Assembly: GCF_025526975.1 (NCBI RefSeq)
Contig: NW_026515669.1
Coordinates: forward strand, 1,922,001 to 1,986,000
From: Fimicolochytrium jonesii
Lineage: Eukaryota
Length of the DNA: 64,000 bases
Direction of reading: 5' to 3'
Part shown: positions 62,510 to 64,000 of the stretch, piece after piece
Layout of the letters: each line of letters starts with the position of its first letter
Position numbering within the stretch: position 1 is the first letter of the stretch
Notes under the pieces: generated by a model
Databases searched by the model: none
Told to the model about the DNA's origin: nothing
The model's input: only the letters and a program-made list of their open reading frames with translations
Program-made: the position numbers and the translations under genes

Positions 62510-64000
62510 CTACATGTAATACATAACCTTCGCCAGATCCGGCTTCACAAGCCCATACGCAGCCGTCATATGCTCCATCCCCACCGTCGTCGGGCTGTAC
62601 CGGGCCGACGCCGACTCGCCGGCCACGGAGCCGTGGGCGCTGTTGCTGTTGTGGCTGCTTGTGCCTTCCATCGCGACTTCGCTTGAAGTGGTCGTTGCGG
62701 TTGCCGTTGCCGTTGCCGTTGTGGTTGTGGTAGAGGTGGATGTGATGGGAGCAGCAGCCACAACACCCTCCTGAGACCGCACAGGTATACTCCCCTGTCG
62801 GACCGTCCTTTCACCCAAAGGCACCGCATTCTCCCCCCCGGGCCCGCCCACACTAACGCTCACAACCGCCGGCGGCGGCAGGTTCAACTCCACCACGCTC
62901 GGGGGCACAAAGAACGGATCAGCCCACGAATCGCCCATAAAATGGAACCGGGCGCGCGCGGCGACGAGATGCGCGTAGTAAGCGGGTGGGCAGACGGATA
63001 CGGCGCGCGTGGCCCGACAGTAGAGGTAGCAGAGGCGGTAGGTGAGTTCTTGCAGGCCGTCGGCTGTGAAGTGGTTTTCGTCGAAGAGGACGTGGTAATG
63101 GGTCGGTTTGGAGGTGCCTTGGAGGCCGGGGTGGGAGGCGAGGTAGAAGTCTGCGGTTTTGTAAGGGACAAATTTCAGTAGGAGACTGGTGAGGAACGAC
63201 AGGGACATTGCACATACCAAACTCGGCAGGATGGGTGATTCCCGCCTCGACGACGGTCCCAGGAAGCACATTACCGGACTTATCCGCATCCGCCTTCTTC
63301 AACGGGAAAAACCGTGCATGATGCCGTTTCTGCACAATCACAAACGTAATCGTCGGCCTATACCCCTCTGAATGAAACAAAAGGGTAAGCATCCACATCC
63401 ACCTCCCAAAAAGCTCCCCCACTCCATTACACTACAACGAATCCCTCACATACCTTCCAACATAGAACAAGCCTTAACAAGCGCCGCCACCTCCGTCCTC
63501 GCAATCTCCCCAAACTGCCCCTCACTAACTCCATCCCTATAAAACAGCACCCTCTGCGGCTTACTCCCACAAAACTGATAGAAGGTCCTCAACAACTCCA
63601 CCGCAGCCCCCGTCAAATCCCTAATCCCCTCACTCCTCCCCTTCTGCACGCGGATAGCCGCAGCGTACCGCGAGCACTGGGCGTCCATGGACGCGACGAT
63701 GGCGGCGATGGAGGGTTTGGCGTTGTCCCCCGGTGCGGGGTGGGTGATATCGGCGCCGAAGATAATGGTGGGCTTTTCGGCGACGAAGGGGAGTTGCGCG
63801 TTCCCGAGGTAGCAGTTCATGCCGCCGAGTTTGACGTTGATTTTGAGGCAGAGGTTGGCGCAGTATTGTTTTTTGGCTGCAAAGACGTCTGTAGAATATA
63901 AAGGGGGAAGGAAGTTAGCACATGTGGCCCTGTCTGCCAACAATGCAAGGTTTGGTTTACTCACGCTTGGCCTGCATACACTGCGTCGCAATCCCAATAA
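62510..64000 (-). CDS. Argonaute, C-terminal MID/PIWI exons (gene continues beyond the right edge)
   Basis: [97 protein letters not shown] and C-terminal MYYM. Confidence 0.97.

Overview
This is intron-rich eukaryotic DNA (GT-AG introns with CTAAC-type branch sites) with fungal-type genes. It is most consistent with an early-diverging, probably chytrid, fungus; the taxon is inferred, not proven. About 22 protein-coding genes are recognisable. The best supported are a DUF2431/BMT5-like methyltransferase with Zn fingers, mitochondrial uL11, class-3 lipase, BMT2, RPP1, hexokinase, an 8-exon H2A variant, a Zn dehydrogenase, mS38/Cox24, fasciclin, F-box/LRR, RPA34, monoglyceride lipase, an amino-acid permease, DUF1348, MCM2, glucosidase II alpha, HPM1 and the 3' part of Argonaute. 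There are also two small GPI-type proteins, a HAM1/DUF4449-like gene and a PRR11/MTFR-like gene. A degenerate accessory zone (~11-16.3 kb and ~17.8-21 kb) contains pseudogenes and long hairpins. Four signals stand out. (1) A family of modular GCGAG/GC-GNA-GC hairpin-rich elements lies in the first intron of four unrelated genes, always in sense orientation, with exactly shared blocks in shuffled order. (2) A TET/JBP-like 2OG-Fe(II) dioxygenase relic sits in a frame missing from the ORF track. (3) There is a 34-bp near-perfect pre-miRNA-like hairpin. (4) A chimeric gene is built from two non-adjacent GPR89/GPHR fragments. All family calls come from motif recognition, without database searches.
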